The translations under genes and the position numbers were made by a program. Below, piece by piece: positions 11,201 to 22,200 of a DNA stretch of 64,000 nt. The DNA lies in assembly GCA_965655095.1 (NCBI GenBank), contig OZ296649.1, forward strand, positions 56,358,001 to 56,422,000, given 5' to 3'. This stretch comes from Haplodiscus bocki. Its lineage: Eukaryota. How positions within the stretch are numbered: position 1 is the stretch's first letter; the number at the start of each line of letters is the position of its first letter. A model generated the notes under the pieces. The model searched no databases, was not told the DNA's origin, and saw only the letters and a program-made list of their open reading frames with translations.

Positions 11201-14200
11201 CTTGATGCATTAAAAGATTCGCTTTGGACTCAGTGATAAACCTCCCCTCTGAGCCATTGTCTAGAAGTGCTCGCAGCTGTATGCCATTTCTTGTTTTGTC
11301 TCAGTTTTTACAATAGCTGTGGAAAGAAGTACATTACTAATGTTTCTAGTGGCATGTGGACAAGTGTCTTAGTTTTGGGTGATTTGGTTTGTTTCGCAAT
11401 GACATGTGATAACTGCGCTATCAGTCTGTTCATTAGGAGCTGAAGTGCTCGAGTTTACTAGGCTGTTACTAGTTTTTCTTTCTGTAATATCGAACCAGGC
11501 TTCAGTTTACATTCTCGTGTAAATTTCGAAGGCGGTACTGACTCCATGGACAATTTGAAGACAATGGATTATGCTTGCATTCAGTGTGTGTATTTCAGTC
11601 TGAGGGGATTGCAGACAAAAGAAAAAATTGGGCAGGAATGTAATTTGTGCTTCTCATGGCATGTGTCTTTACATACGTCAGGTGCAGAGTACTTTTGAAT
11701 AGCTCCTTGGCTGCTTGGTGCTTGTTTCGAATGTGTTATTGATTCTTTACAAACTCTAAGGATCCACTACGCGTGTCTAGGATTGTTGTTAAATCATGCG
11801 AGTTCAATTGTTTGTCAGGGTTTACTAGCTGTCACTGCTTTCGTGATTCATTGTTGCGGCGTTCAATTACCCAGAACAATGATATAGAGTCCTCTGTGTC
11901 GACTGGTTGCTCTAACTCGGCTGGTGCTCTCAAGTTTTCCTTTGTTGTTTCTCCCATTTTTGTCAGCCCTGCAGGTGGTTGATTCCAGATAGCTTCAAGA
12001 TGAAAATGAAACGGTACATCTTTTTTTCTTAACCTTCAGGGTGCAGTTTCGCTGCTTTTTGATAATTTGGATCGCTGATTGTAACAACTTATAAGTTGAG
12101 CTGTGTCTGCCTTAGGATAAGCTGAGGTAGTTTAGTTTTCTTTCGCTTTAAACAAATCGATATATCACGTCCAATCTGTAAAGGAACCTGTGAAGCTAGG
12201 AAGTTGCAGTTTTGGACGTTTCGTTTTTCTTGTCAAACAAAGACAACGGTGCTTCGTTTAGACCTGAGGAGCGGACTTGTAGCTTTCTATTACGATTAAA
12301 ATTGTGCTATCGACATACTCCCCTTTCATCAAACACCCTGATGGCTTCAATTTGAACTGCTAGTTCGACTTCTATTAATGGTTCATTTTCCGCAGTAATA
12401 GTCAATGGACAAACTAACGAAAAAAATTTTTTGTTTTCGTCTCTTCTGGGAGAATTTCCTTTATGAACGATTTCTGCATAGAAGGTTCTCAAAGCACTTT
12501 CTTGTCCCAAAATAATTTTCAACGAATGATTCTGAAGTTCTCGAGAAGTTCGGAAATTTTTCGTCTGATGGTTTGACAAAACGTGTTTTCGGAGTCTGTC
12601 AAATCTTGTGCTTCTACAAAATTTTTCTGATTGTTGGGGTTATAAGTCGCTGATTGTTGATGAGGGCAGCTGTTCGATGTCGACAAGGGGCTCTAGGGCT
12701 TGAATCAAAACTTTTGAATAAGAAAGAAATGTTCAGCAATTCGTCCCAAAAACGATTTTCGTGCAATTTCGCACTTTTGTTGTCAAAAGATTCTGGAGCT
12801 TCTTGTTAGGGTTCTGAGTAGTGTGAAAAGTTACTTCAGGTATTGCAAATACCTTCCTTTGATGACTTTGCGTACAAAGCTTGGCCTTTCTTAAAAAGCT
12901 TGAGCCTAATATGAAAGACATTGAATGTCAAGCAATCACATCGTAAGGAAACCTCAAGGTTGGGAGGTTTTGACTGATTGGAAAGTTTGCGGGAGATACA
13001 TATGAGGGGGTTGGGGGATGTCACAAAATTTTTTTGTTCATTTCGAAGGTAGGTAGGTTTTGGTATAAAATGTAAATAGAAACTTGGCTTACACTGGGAT
13101 TCAAACCTTTGACCTGTTGTTTTGCTAGATTTATAAGGATCGTATGAGAATTTTTTTTTCGAAAATAGGTAGATTTTTGGTATAGTGTCCGGTATGAAAT
13201 TCAAGAAAATATAGCCTATAACGGGGGTCGAACCATCGATCTGTTCTTCCATAACTCATTTGTCCTACCCACTAGGCCACGGAGATACCATATGAGCATT
13301 AAAATATTTTTTAAAACCAAAACTGCTCCTTTAACAGGGAGGCAGAATGAAGAAAAAAGTCAATAATAGTCGGGTGTTCTATTTATGAAATACCGACTAA
13401 GAACGTGGATTGATTATTCCGGATATAAAGAATGATGATAATAATTGAAGTAGCAATGAAACATTGCACTCCAAACAGATTTTCCTTCACGATTCCGGTT
13501 TTCCTGCGATATCTTTTCTTTCTATCAGAATCACGTCGAAAACCCAAATCAGGATAGGGGAGTGATCCAAGTAAAATTTGAAGTTTCCGCAAGACTAAGA
13601 TTTTTCTCTGAATAGCGAGATTTCGCTATAATATTAATGTCCTATTCGGTGACCGGAGTGGCTGTTAGACACTTTTTGTTTTCTGAGTACTTATTGGTTA
13701 ATGTCATACCCTAACGAAGAGACTCTTTTTTAGTCGATCGAAGTGAGAGCTAAAAATAAATAGACATGGTGTCGTCTAACGTAGCAATGGCTTTTTTGTT
13801 TCAGCAAGTTTTTGGACTGTCGAAGAGGTGGACCTTGGCAAAGATAAGTTTGATGAATTATCTGTAAGTTTTGTTTAAATGCTTCACCACTGTTAAATCA
13901 TATTTTGCTCTGAGATTGTGTTTTTAGTCGGAAGAACGCAGCTTTATTTGCATAGTCTTAGCGTTTTTTGCAGCGAGCGATGGAATCGTGATCGAAAATC
14001 TGGTAGCTAGATTCTCACAGGAAGTGCAAATACCGGAAGCCCGGTGCTTCTATGGATTCCAGAACGCGATCGAGGTAAATGCTGCAACACTTGTTGAAGT
14101 TTTACTTGCTGAATCTCATTTTAAAAGCTGAGATTGAGAGTTGCAATTTCAGCCAAGGTACCAGACACTTTAATAAGTATGATGATTCTTTCGCTCTTCC

Positions 14201-17200
14201 TCTAAGCTTTACTGCCAAAGAACAGCCGAACCTCGTTATAATGCACTTCAACGGGCAATCCATGTGATGTACCACATGAGAACGTCGTCCCTTTACCGAG
14301 GACAATTCACAGGTATAATATGTAAACATCCTTTTTACACTTGCTGAAAAATTCACGTGGTTATACTATAATATAGTTTGCGCCGTACTAACAGTGCATT
14401 ACATCCAGGTTCAACTGTATTGGCTAACCAAACCAAAAAGTTTTGCTTGGCTGCCCAAACCACTCATTCTCACTAATTTTTTTCTACGAATTGCTTTTTT
14501 GTGAAGAGAAAGGTCAATTTTGGTATCTTTTGTTACAGAATGTGCATGCGGAGATGTACAGCTTACTGATTGACACGTACATAGAGGACAGTACGGAGAA
14601 GCATAAACTGTTACATGCAATTGATAACTGTGAGTTAGTTAGTGGCGTCATCAAACGTGAATAGTTTGTTAATGAACTGACTGAAGTTATTTCGGACCCG
14701 CATCTCCGCAAATCAGAAAGTTTTTTGGTCATACCGATCGATTATAAGGGTTATACTAGCAGGGTTGGTCCAAGAGAAAGACTCGAATAATTAAGGTCGC
14801 GGAGTCTTAATCAAAAGGGTATTTCAAATTGAATATTGCGTCACCGTTAATTTGTGCCTGTAGATTTTACTTATTTCTTCCCAAAACGCTGGCGTGATTG
14901 AGCGAGGCTGCGCGCTAAAGTGAACCGGATAATTCTTTAATATTTTATTCTTTTCTATTTACTTACTTTCGCCGCCGCTTCCGCAAGTTGGAGCGAACTT
15001 CTCTAATTACACTTGGATTTCAAGTACCTGATTCAAATGTCTTCAAATCTGTCAGCCTAAATCGCATTTTCTGCTTTTTCAAAATGGTGAGTAATCATCT
15101 CGTCAAAAAGTGTTGATTTACAAAGAGTCGAAAAAATAACTTATCTAAGCGGCAAAAATTGAACGGTAAACCATTGAAAGCGAAATTTCCGACTTTAGTG
15201 TGTAATTTGTCGACGTTGTTTGAATTATTGCAAAATCCCAAGTTTCTTTATCATTTTAAGTTCTTAGCTCTCAGTGCCTAGCTAGGATCCTTGATGCCTA
15301 TGTTTTTTAAATGGGCCCTAATAAAGGGGGAGGGGCTTGTTAATTATTACGATGAGCAGCACCCGGGATCCTCCTATTTATTATTTTTCGCCGCATATGT
15401 AATATGCAAGAAAAATTATTCATTCAGTAGGGTCGTCTTTTTTCAGACCATAATTGCCAACTCTTTTTATTCAAAAATAGATGACAGCAGTAGGCTTAGG
15501 TAAACAAGGTTCTCAAGCAGTAGGTTCGGGTTCGAGTCACTGCGCTGCCAAATATTTTTACGAATTATCCCTAACATTTTTCGATACCCGAAATTAGTGA
15601 AACACTAAGGGGTTCCCCCACAAAAATTTTTGGCACTGTGAGACAAAACATTTTCGACGGAAAATCTTGATACTCCCCCCCCTCTTATCCCTAAACTTTT
15701 TGGCTACCGGAAGTTTTCTGAAACACAGAAAGGTTCCCCTACGAAATTTTGCGGCACTGTGGGACAAAAAAATTTCGACGGAAAATCTTGATACTCCCCC
15801 ACCTCCCCTCTTATCCAAACTTTTTCGATACCCGAAATTAAGGCAACAGTAAAGGATTCCCCTACGGAAATTTTCAGGTTTGTGAGACAAAAAATTTTCG
15901 ACTCCCCTTGATACTCCCCTTCACGCCCCCCTCTTACCCCAACTTTTTCGATACCCCGAAACTAATGCAACAGTATTAATCTGTTTTGTTGTATTAATCT
16001 TGATTTTGAATCTATACTCGTTTGTTAACGCAGCATTGGCATTTCAGTTGAGTGCGTTAAGCGAAAAGCTGATTGGGCGTTCAAATGGATTGAGAGCTCA
16101 GAGGTGAGTTGACAAATTTACAATTGAACAAATTTACACTTTTGAATTTGTTCTTGTGTAAATTAATTGCAATTTGTTTGAATATTTGATCGTGTTACAA
16201 AATATCGAAGAACACTACGCTATGTTCAACTAAACTATCCAAAGATAGCTTGAATGCTCGTTTCGTTGAAATAGATGTAATAGATTTATTTTAATAGATG
16301 TAATAATTCTTAAATAAGGATTATCATGTTTCAACTGGCATTTTTGAAAACGCTAAAACAAGAAACGAGTAAAGAGCTTGATTTTTTTTTTATTTCAGAA
16401 GTCTTTTGCTGAACGACTGGTTGCGTTTGTTGCTGTTGAAGGAATTTTTTTCTCTGGAGCGTTCGCTGCCATTTTTTGGTTCAAATCCAGGTTGGTCAGT
16501 TCGTTTTCTTAATTTCTAGAATGTTCCTCAAGGTGTATCGAAACGGTGTGGTGTGAAATTTATGCTGCAACCTGCAATAAAAATGAAATGCAAATCAATG
16601 TTTAAACTGTCTTCCAACATTTTATTAACACGCAGTTAAAATCCTGAATGGATATTAGAAGCCAGTTAATTTGCGATTTAAATTTGAATCAACTAATTTT
16701 TTCACTGTTTCTTCTGTTACAGAAATTTGCTGCCGGGGTTAACCTTTTCCAATGAGCTCATAGCGCGCGATGAGGTCTGTAGTTGATTCTAAAATCTCAT
16801 CTGTCTCGCTTCTGATGAAGTAAAACATTGCTTTTTGCTTTAGGGTCTTCATTGTGAGTTTGCTTGCGCCCTTTTTAGTCACTTGAAACACCCGCCTAAA
16901 CAGAATGTAGTCCAGCAAATACTTGGGGAAGCCGTGGAAATTGAAAAACAAGTTTGTAACAGTAAAGTTTGAACTTTTCGTCGTAAATTTTGTAGAATCA
17001 GTTTTTATCAAAACCCAAGACATTTGAACACCAGATCCGCAGCTGAGGCTCTCTTTGCTTTGAGCGGAGTTTGGACAAATTTGGGTTGCACATAATATTC
17101 TGTAATTGACGTGACCTCTTATTTTATCGCCTTGTACTTCATGTACAAGTTTCCAGGTTTTATCATTAAAGTCTTAACCGGTCAGCGCTAGTTTGAATTA

Positions 17201-17559
17201 ATAAAATGCTTATTTAAAAAAATCATTTTCGAATTTTTTCCCGGAAAATTCTGTTTTTTTTTTAGTTCTGGCTCGAAGCAGTGCCTAATGGACTGCTCGG
17301 TATGAACTCTAACCTCATGAATCAGTACATCGAATTTGTTGCCGACAAGTTGTCTTTGGATTTGAGATGCTCTATAGTTTTCGGCACAGCCAATCCTTTT
17401 CCTTTCATGGAAATGATCTCAATGGAGGGTAAAGCAAACTTTTTCGAGAGACAAGTGGGAGAGTACCACAGAGTTGGGTATAACAACAGTATATCTTTTT
17501 CCTCGCCTCAGAAGCCCGATTATACTAGTTTTGTGTTTAGAACTGACTTAGAGTTCTAA
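2125..17559 (+). CDS. RRM2: Ribonucleoside-diphosphate reductase small subunit (class Ia R2, RRM2/RRM2B-like), 9 exons, 352 aa
   Basis: join(2125-2284,13805-13863,13928-14074,14539-14629,16048-16103,16399-16490,16723-16774,16844-16951,17266-17559) = 1059 nt. All introns are GT-AG and phases are consistent. Motifs: [27 protein letters not shown] (radical Tyr), [31 protein letters not shown]-terminal Phe. Confidence 0.95.
2780..3009 (+). mobile_element. Possible decayed hAT transposase C-terminal (dimerisation) remnant
   Basis: [10 protein letters not shown]...LFFR...[10 protein letters not shown] resembles the end of the hAT dimerisation domain, but is heavily eroded. Confidence 0.3.
4310..8350 (-). 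mobile_element. Near full-length, frameshifted CR1/L2-group LINE in R2 intron 1
   Basis: ORF1 ~8074-7200 (RPRTALVTV...[11 protein letters not shown]). ORF2 starts without ATG after TGA-CTA at ~7199 and shows APE motifs ([31 protein letters not shown]) and RT motifs ([26 protein letters not shown]). It ends [11 protein letters not shown] at 4389, followed by a short 3' UTR and (TAA)n tail at ~4312-4325. Confidence 0.92.
8353..8917 (-). pseudogene. SGNH/esterase-like ORF, frameshifted; second copy at 10096-10572
   Basis: [12 protein letters not shown]...(IR)GLSFKP...[16 protein letters not shown]...SAIVYTQK...HINENLEL; homologous to 587-925. Confidence 0.5.
8441..11750. repeat. Direct tandem duplication, 2 x 1655 bp (8441-10095, 10096-11750)
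   Basis: The same ORF set recurs at +1655 and only a few substitutions were seen. There is a 2-bp 'ac' microhomology at the junction. Confidence 0.95.
9060..9540 (-). mobile_element. Decayed LINE APE endonuclease fragment, duplicated at 10715-11195
   Basis: ITNTW and YYIIGDFNY motifs, spread over shifted frames. Confidence 0.55.
11200..12300 (-). mobile_element. BEL/Pao LTR retrotransposon gag-protease remnant; 3' part duplicated at ~9545-10095
   Basis: Minus-strand translation gives [17 protein letters not shown] (DUF1759-type gag), LFWVIE..NESRKQ*QL..LDTRS, a Cys/His knuckle [17 protein letters not shown], and protease VLLSTAIV...[15 protein letters not shown]. Confidence 0.8.
13214..13285 (-). 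mobile_element. tRNA-derived SINE-like head
   Basis: Minus strand has an A-box tggcctagtgg and a B-box ggttcgacccc about 35 nt apart, with no intact cloverleaf. Confidence 0.55.
13805..13863 (+). CDS. RRM2: R2 exon 2
   Basis: tttcag|ca agt ttt tgg = (A)[19 protein letters not shown]|gtaagt. Confidence 0.92.
13928..14074 (+). CDS. RRM2: R2 exon 3
   Basis: tttttag|[49 protein letters not shown]|gtaaat. Confidence 0.95.
14539..14629 (+). CDS. RRM2: R2 exon 4
   Basis: ttacag|[30 protein letters not shown]|gtgagt. Confidence 0.95.
15484..15550 (+). mobile_element. tRNA-derived head preceding a minisatellite
   Basis: B-box ggttcgagtca and a ...gcgctgcca end, with a degenerate D-arm. Confidence 0.4.
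15577..15975. repeat. ~120-bp tandem repeat, 3 copies plus a partial; dispersed family
   Basis: Unit ttttcgatacccgaaatta...ggcactgtgagacaaaa..ttttcgacggaaaatcttgatactccccc.ctcttatcc. Diverged relatives occur at ~26940-27040 and, inverted, at ~20810-20930 and ~55310-56030. Confidence 0.85.
16048..16103 (+). CDS. RRM2: R2 exon 5
   Basis: atttcag|(F)[18 protein letters not shown]|gtgagt. Confidence 0.92.
16399..16490 (+). CDS. RRM2: R2 exon 6
   Basis: tatttcag|[30 protein letters not shown](R)|gttggt. Confidence 0.95.
16723..16774 (+). CDS. RRM2: R2 exon 7
   Basis: ttacag|(R)[17 protein letters not shown]|gtctgt. Confidence 0.93.
16844..16951 (+). CDS. RRM2: R2 exon 8
   Basis: ctttag|[36 protein letters not shown]|gtttgt. 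Confidence 0.92.
17266..17559 (+). CDS. RRM2: R2 exon 9 (last)
   Basis: tttttag|[29 protein letters not shown]...[25 protein letters not shown]...FRTDLEF*. Confidence 0.95.
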   Translation, partial: FWLEAVPNGLLGMNSNLMNQYIEFVADKLSLDLRCSIVFGTANPFPFMEMISMEGKANFFERQVGEYHRVGYNNSISFSSPQKPDYTSFVFRTDLEF

Positions 17560-18023
17560 TCAAGTTGCACCTCAAAACAGCAGTTTTATCCTATCAATGG
17601 TCATTTGTTTCAGTAGCCAATTTATTTAATTTTAATTTTTGCTCAGAAGAGGGGAATTCATGGTGGGGCATGTTTTTGAGGCCTTTAGAAATTGCCATGA
17701 AAATTGTTTACCCTTTTCAATACCTCATGTAATATTCTATTGCAAATTTCTTAAGTTTATAAAGTTTCGTTGAATTCTAAAAATTTTTGTATTTATCCTA
17801 AAATTTAGTTTCTTTGAATTAAATTTGATTCTCAACTGGTTTTTTTTCTGTTAATAGTGCAGTTTCCAAGATTCAGTTTTTTGGGTGAGAATTCTTTAAA
17901 TCTGCATTTCAATTATAAGTGACTGAATGAACTGAATCTTGAATTATATTTCGGAAAATATCAAAAAACTAACTGGTTTTTCAGAATTTGAATGTAAACA
18001 CTGACGAAAATGCTGTAAATCAT

Positions 18024-19256
18024 ATGGCTACCGCAAGTGGGTCGGCCAGCAAAAGCGGGTATGACTTCGCATCCGTAAATATCTCTGGTACTTCGTCATA
18101 TGCGAGTTACTTAGAGCAAGAACGTGAACAACTCTTTTCAAGCGCAATTGAAGCCGTGAAACAATGTCAATCCACTTTCGGAGGCAAGTCTCAACTGGCT
18201 GCAGACACCGATACGACTGTCTCGATTCTTCTCATGAGACTGGAGCGCATATTCCATCATGGGTTGAAACAAAAGCTCACTAAGGCTGTGATTGACGGCG
18301 CATTCAGACAGATCACTGAATTTAGCGGTCTAAATCTCAATCACATCAAGCCTGACCTTGCCACAGACATCGTTTTTTGGAACTTTGTCAAAAATTTTTT
18401 GAACAAGGATGAATTGGTCAGATTCGCAGCTTTAAAAAACGTCAAGTCTGATTACGCCAGGGGCCGTGCCTGGATCAGGGCATGTCTAAATGAGCACAAC
18501 TTGGACAAATACGTTCTCATGATTTTGGCAGATAATGGTTTGATAAAGCAATACTATGATCCACATGCTTTTTTTCTGGATACTGAAAAAGCTACGACCA
18601 TTACACAAGCAATCTCAAGTTTGCATAATATTTACTTCGCTTTGAAAATTGATAATTCTGATTTGGAGTTCGGACGTGCGGTGGTCGCTGATAGCAATGG
18701 AGCTCCCTTGAATGTAGACCCATTAGAAGGGGAAATGATGCCCATTGTTAAGCCCATTTTATCCAGGTCAGATTCTGACAGCATTGGATCCACATCAAAG
18801 AAGAAGCGTCATAAGAAGAGATTGGCGAGAATTGAGGAGCTGTCGAGAAACCTTCCAGCGTCATCAAACCTTCCAGCGTCATCTGGCTTAGGTATTAGAA
18901 AACAGGATTCCAGGGATGAGGTATTTGATCATGTTGGGTCACCCGGTCAGCAGCAAGGAGCTCCCGATTTAATTCCTCTTTTCGAGAAGTTTGACATCAA
19001 GCATCCAATACGAGACAAATGTTCTTCTCATAACTCCGAGTCATCTAACCAAGACGGTTCCTTTATCACAGGACAGTCTGAAGAACCAATTGATGAATTG
19101 GAATTGTCAAATTCTGGGTCTCTCGATACAACTACTGCTGCTGGAGGAATCAACCATGAATTTCTGCAGTCTGAGAACTCGGCACCTTCTTTGTCTTTCA
19201 AGCACGGACGTCATCACCGCAGCCATTCGGATAGCATGAAGAAACTGCAATTTGTT
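18024..19256 (+). CDS. SNX29: SNX29-like coding exon 1 (RUN domain); acceptor AG ends at 17984
   Basis: 425-codon open frame; first in-frame ATG at 18024; donor gtt|gttagt. Confidence 0.9.
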
Positions 19257-22200
19257 GTTAGTTGAAAGAATGTTACTGACTGTGTGTTATGGAACTAAGG
19301 AATTGAAGCATTGGACCAATAAGCACGGTTTTAGTTGATTAGGCGGCATTTCAGAACTTACCGTGCCATTGCTAACTAGAACATATTGATCAACTCTTAC
19401 TGAAGGTACTTAATGCCTAAAAGATATTTTAAAAAATCTGTAGGCACTGACGTTCTATAGCATAGCATGACTGTATAACATTACATAACACACCAAAATG
19501 TTTTGGAAGTTATCATATCCTGCATTCAAATTAGATTTCAGTCCCAACGTGGTTGTTTTAGAAAGCTGAGTTGGATCAAAATGTGAACATGCCAGAGTCC
19601 GGATCTACGAGTGCTAGTTTGAGTATCGGGGAAATGAAACAAGCTGCTTTAGACATGATGAAACGAAAAGATGAATTCGAACGGGAGAACAATCTGCTTC
19701 AAGACAGTTTGAGACAAGAGAAACTCTATTCTGAAAGTCTACAGAAAGTAAGGTTTTAGTTCGTTCCGATTAGGTGAAGTTGGCTTGATCAACCTGAAAG
19801 TGAAAACAAATACGAAACTCTACTCATTTATGCAAACTTATGATCTCTTATCAAGGAGAACAGACAGAGATAGCATCTGAGAGCCGGTCGCACTAACTTG
19901 GTTTAAGTGTTAGTGCTGTAAATTGAATTTTTAATGAATTTATTTTGCCAGTGAAATGGCACCGAATGTAATGCATTGAAAAAATTGGTTAAGTTGGAAG
20001 TTTCTGTTCGCACTTGGCGGTGACTAGACATTTCAGTACCGACGTTTTTCGCGGACATAGCTCTTCCAGGCACCCGAGTTTTAAGATAATGAAACATTTG
20101 ACGATCACGTCACCGCGCACACTCGACTCAAAATCTTTGAGGACGTAATTAAAATTAATTACACAAAAAAGATTGACTGGTTTCTTTTCGTACAAATAAT
20201 GTTAAAACCACTGTTTAACGTTTCAACCCCAAAATATCCAAGGCCAAAGTCCCAATAGACCTAAAACCAGCATACCCAAAACTAATCAGCCATACCAATT
20301 AAATAATTAAAAACTTTTTGACATTAAGTACCCAAAATACTTGAATGTTCCATGGTTACTTTATTGATATCGTAATTATGATGCTAAATGTTATTCCTCA
20401 ATACAACGAAATTCTATTCACTATTATAAATACAATGAACAAAATTACTACCTCATCTAGCATCTACTTTGCAATAACTCACTATTTTGGCTCATGCGAC
20501 AATTCGGACCAGAGACAGACAGACAGACCTGGAATCTACCTACCGTAATATTTTCCGTTTTCCAATTTTGTCAAGATGCATTAAGGACCAAGACTTCGTT
20601 AAAAGTTCGCTCTAGAAAATTTTTCTGCAGAATTTTTTTTTCATTTCTCACATAAAACAAAATGTGCCAGAATCGTGCAGTTGGCAAGTTTACGTAAAAG
20701 AACGCATGTGGCCAGTGAATCATTTTTCTTCCATGTTGAACAATGGCCGGAAAACACTAATAAAAGATCGCTCGATTTTGCGTCGAATGCGGAGTAAGTG
20801 GGGTATACTGCAAAAGATGAGGGTATCACAATTTTGTCTCTCGGTGCTAAAAATTTTGCGGGAGGAGTCACAATTTTGTACAGAGGGGAAAATTTTTTGG
20901 GTTACCCTTTAGCGTTTTCAAAAAACTGAAATTATTATTTTTTGAAGGGCAAAGTTCGAAACTTTTTTACGACCACCAAGAGAAATAATGAAAATTTAAT
21001 AATTCCAAACTACAATTTCAGGAACTTTTTGGACAATAAATACGGAATTTTGGAAATGCAGGTTTCCGCTTATTTTTTTTAGCGAAAACTAGTTTTGATT
21101 TTTTTCAAATGTTTTTCTTTGTTCAAGGTAATATTTGTAAATTTTTTTGACTTGTGGTGTTTTAACCTGACACCAACAATATTTTGAAACATTAAACCTA
21201 CGTAATCAGTATTGTTTCTAAACTTTTAGCGTTCAGCCACTGTTAATTATTCAATTAGTATAGTTATTTCACTCTTGAGTATTCTGGAATATTAGTCTTA
21301 GATATTTTGGGTTTGGGTATTTTGTCCTGCCACCCTGTTCAACAACTTATCCCTTCTGTTACACTCAATGCGTTTTTAGAAATGTTCAGCGTAATACTTT
21401 CATTCCTCAATGAGCTATACTAAATACCTTAAAACAAAACGCTGAATATAAATTACTGCACTGCATGCTTTTGAAAGTTTCCAAGCTTGTTCGATGCTCC
21501 GAGTAGTTAAACTTTCAGAATTATGTGCGTTCAATTTCTTGAAATGCTAGAACGAGAAACAAAAATGTTTTAGATAAAGCTATGTATAGGGTTTACAGAT
21601 TTGAACTCTCAAGATCTAACAGTCTTCAAGAAAAGAATTTTTTTAGAGTTGAGTCAAAACTCGTAAACCAATTTATATCTAGATTATCAAACTTTAAAAT
21701 TCTAACCAGATAATTCAAACTAGACTGTAATTGCAAATTATCAGTGTGTTAATCGACCGCTAGATAGACAGACAAAGGTAGACAATTTGATAGGAATAAA
21801 GAATTTATTTCTCCCAATTTTAAGCATAATAATTTATTGTAGACTTGAAATATCGGGACATAAAGTAACATAAATAATATTAGGAAGGCAAAATCGATTG
21901 ATGGAGAGGATAGACTATGGGCTCACTAGGAGCCCACTTGAGAGTCTATTCTGGTTATGCCTATGCTACTAATATGAACTACTAAAAAATGACAAAATAC
22001 CATTTAGATTCGTTTTTCCATTTTTTCTTTTTATACTTCAATTTTTTTTCTTTTGCTGGATGAGGTGTTTGAGCCCATACTACTGAAAAAAATTGGGCAG
22101 AGTCAGGCCTTTAGCAATGACCAAATTGCCTACTTTCAAGAATATGACATCTATCTTTAGTTGAGTGGTATATGCATAGCACCCATCTACGATGATATCA

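Noticed and set aside
13214-13285. Functional tRNA gene (also 15484-15550, ~29890, ~52330, ~58695, ~60015)
   Set aside because: Only A/B-box fragments are present and no complete cloverleaf could be built, so these are treated as SINE-like remnants.
15577-15975. CRISPR-like array
   Set aside because: Whole ~120-bp units are homologous with no unique spacers, there are no cas genes, and the context is a eukaryotic intron.
2125-17559. Viral or bacterial (horizontally acquired) origin of the R2 gene
   Set aside because: It has eight spliceosomal introns and eukaryote-type motifs, and sits next to a metazoan-type SNX29 gene.
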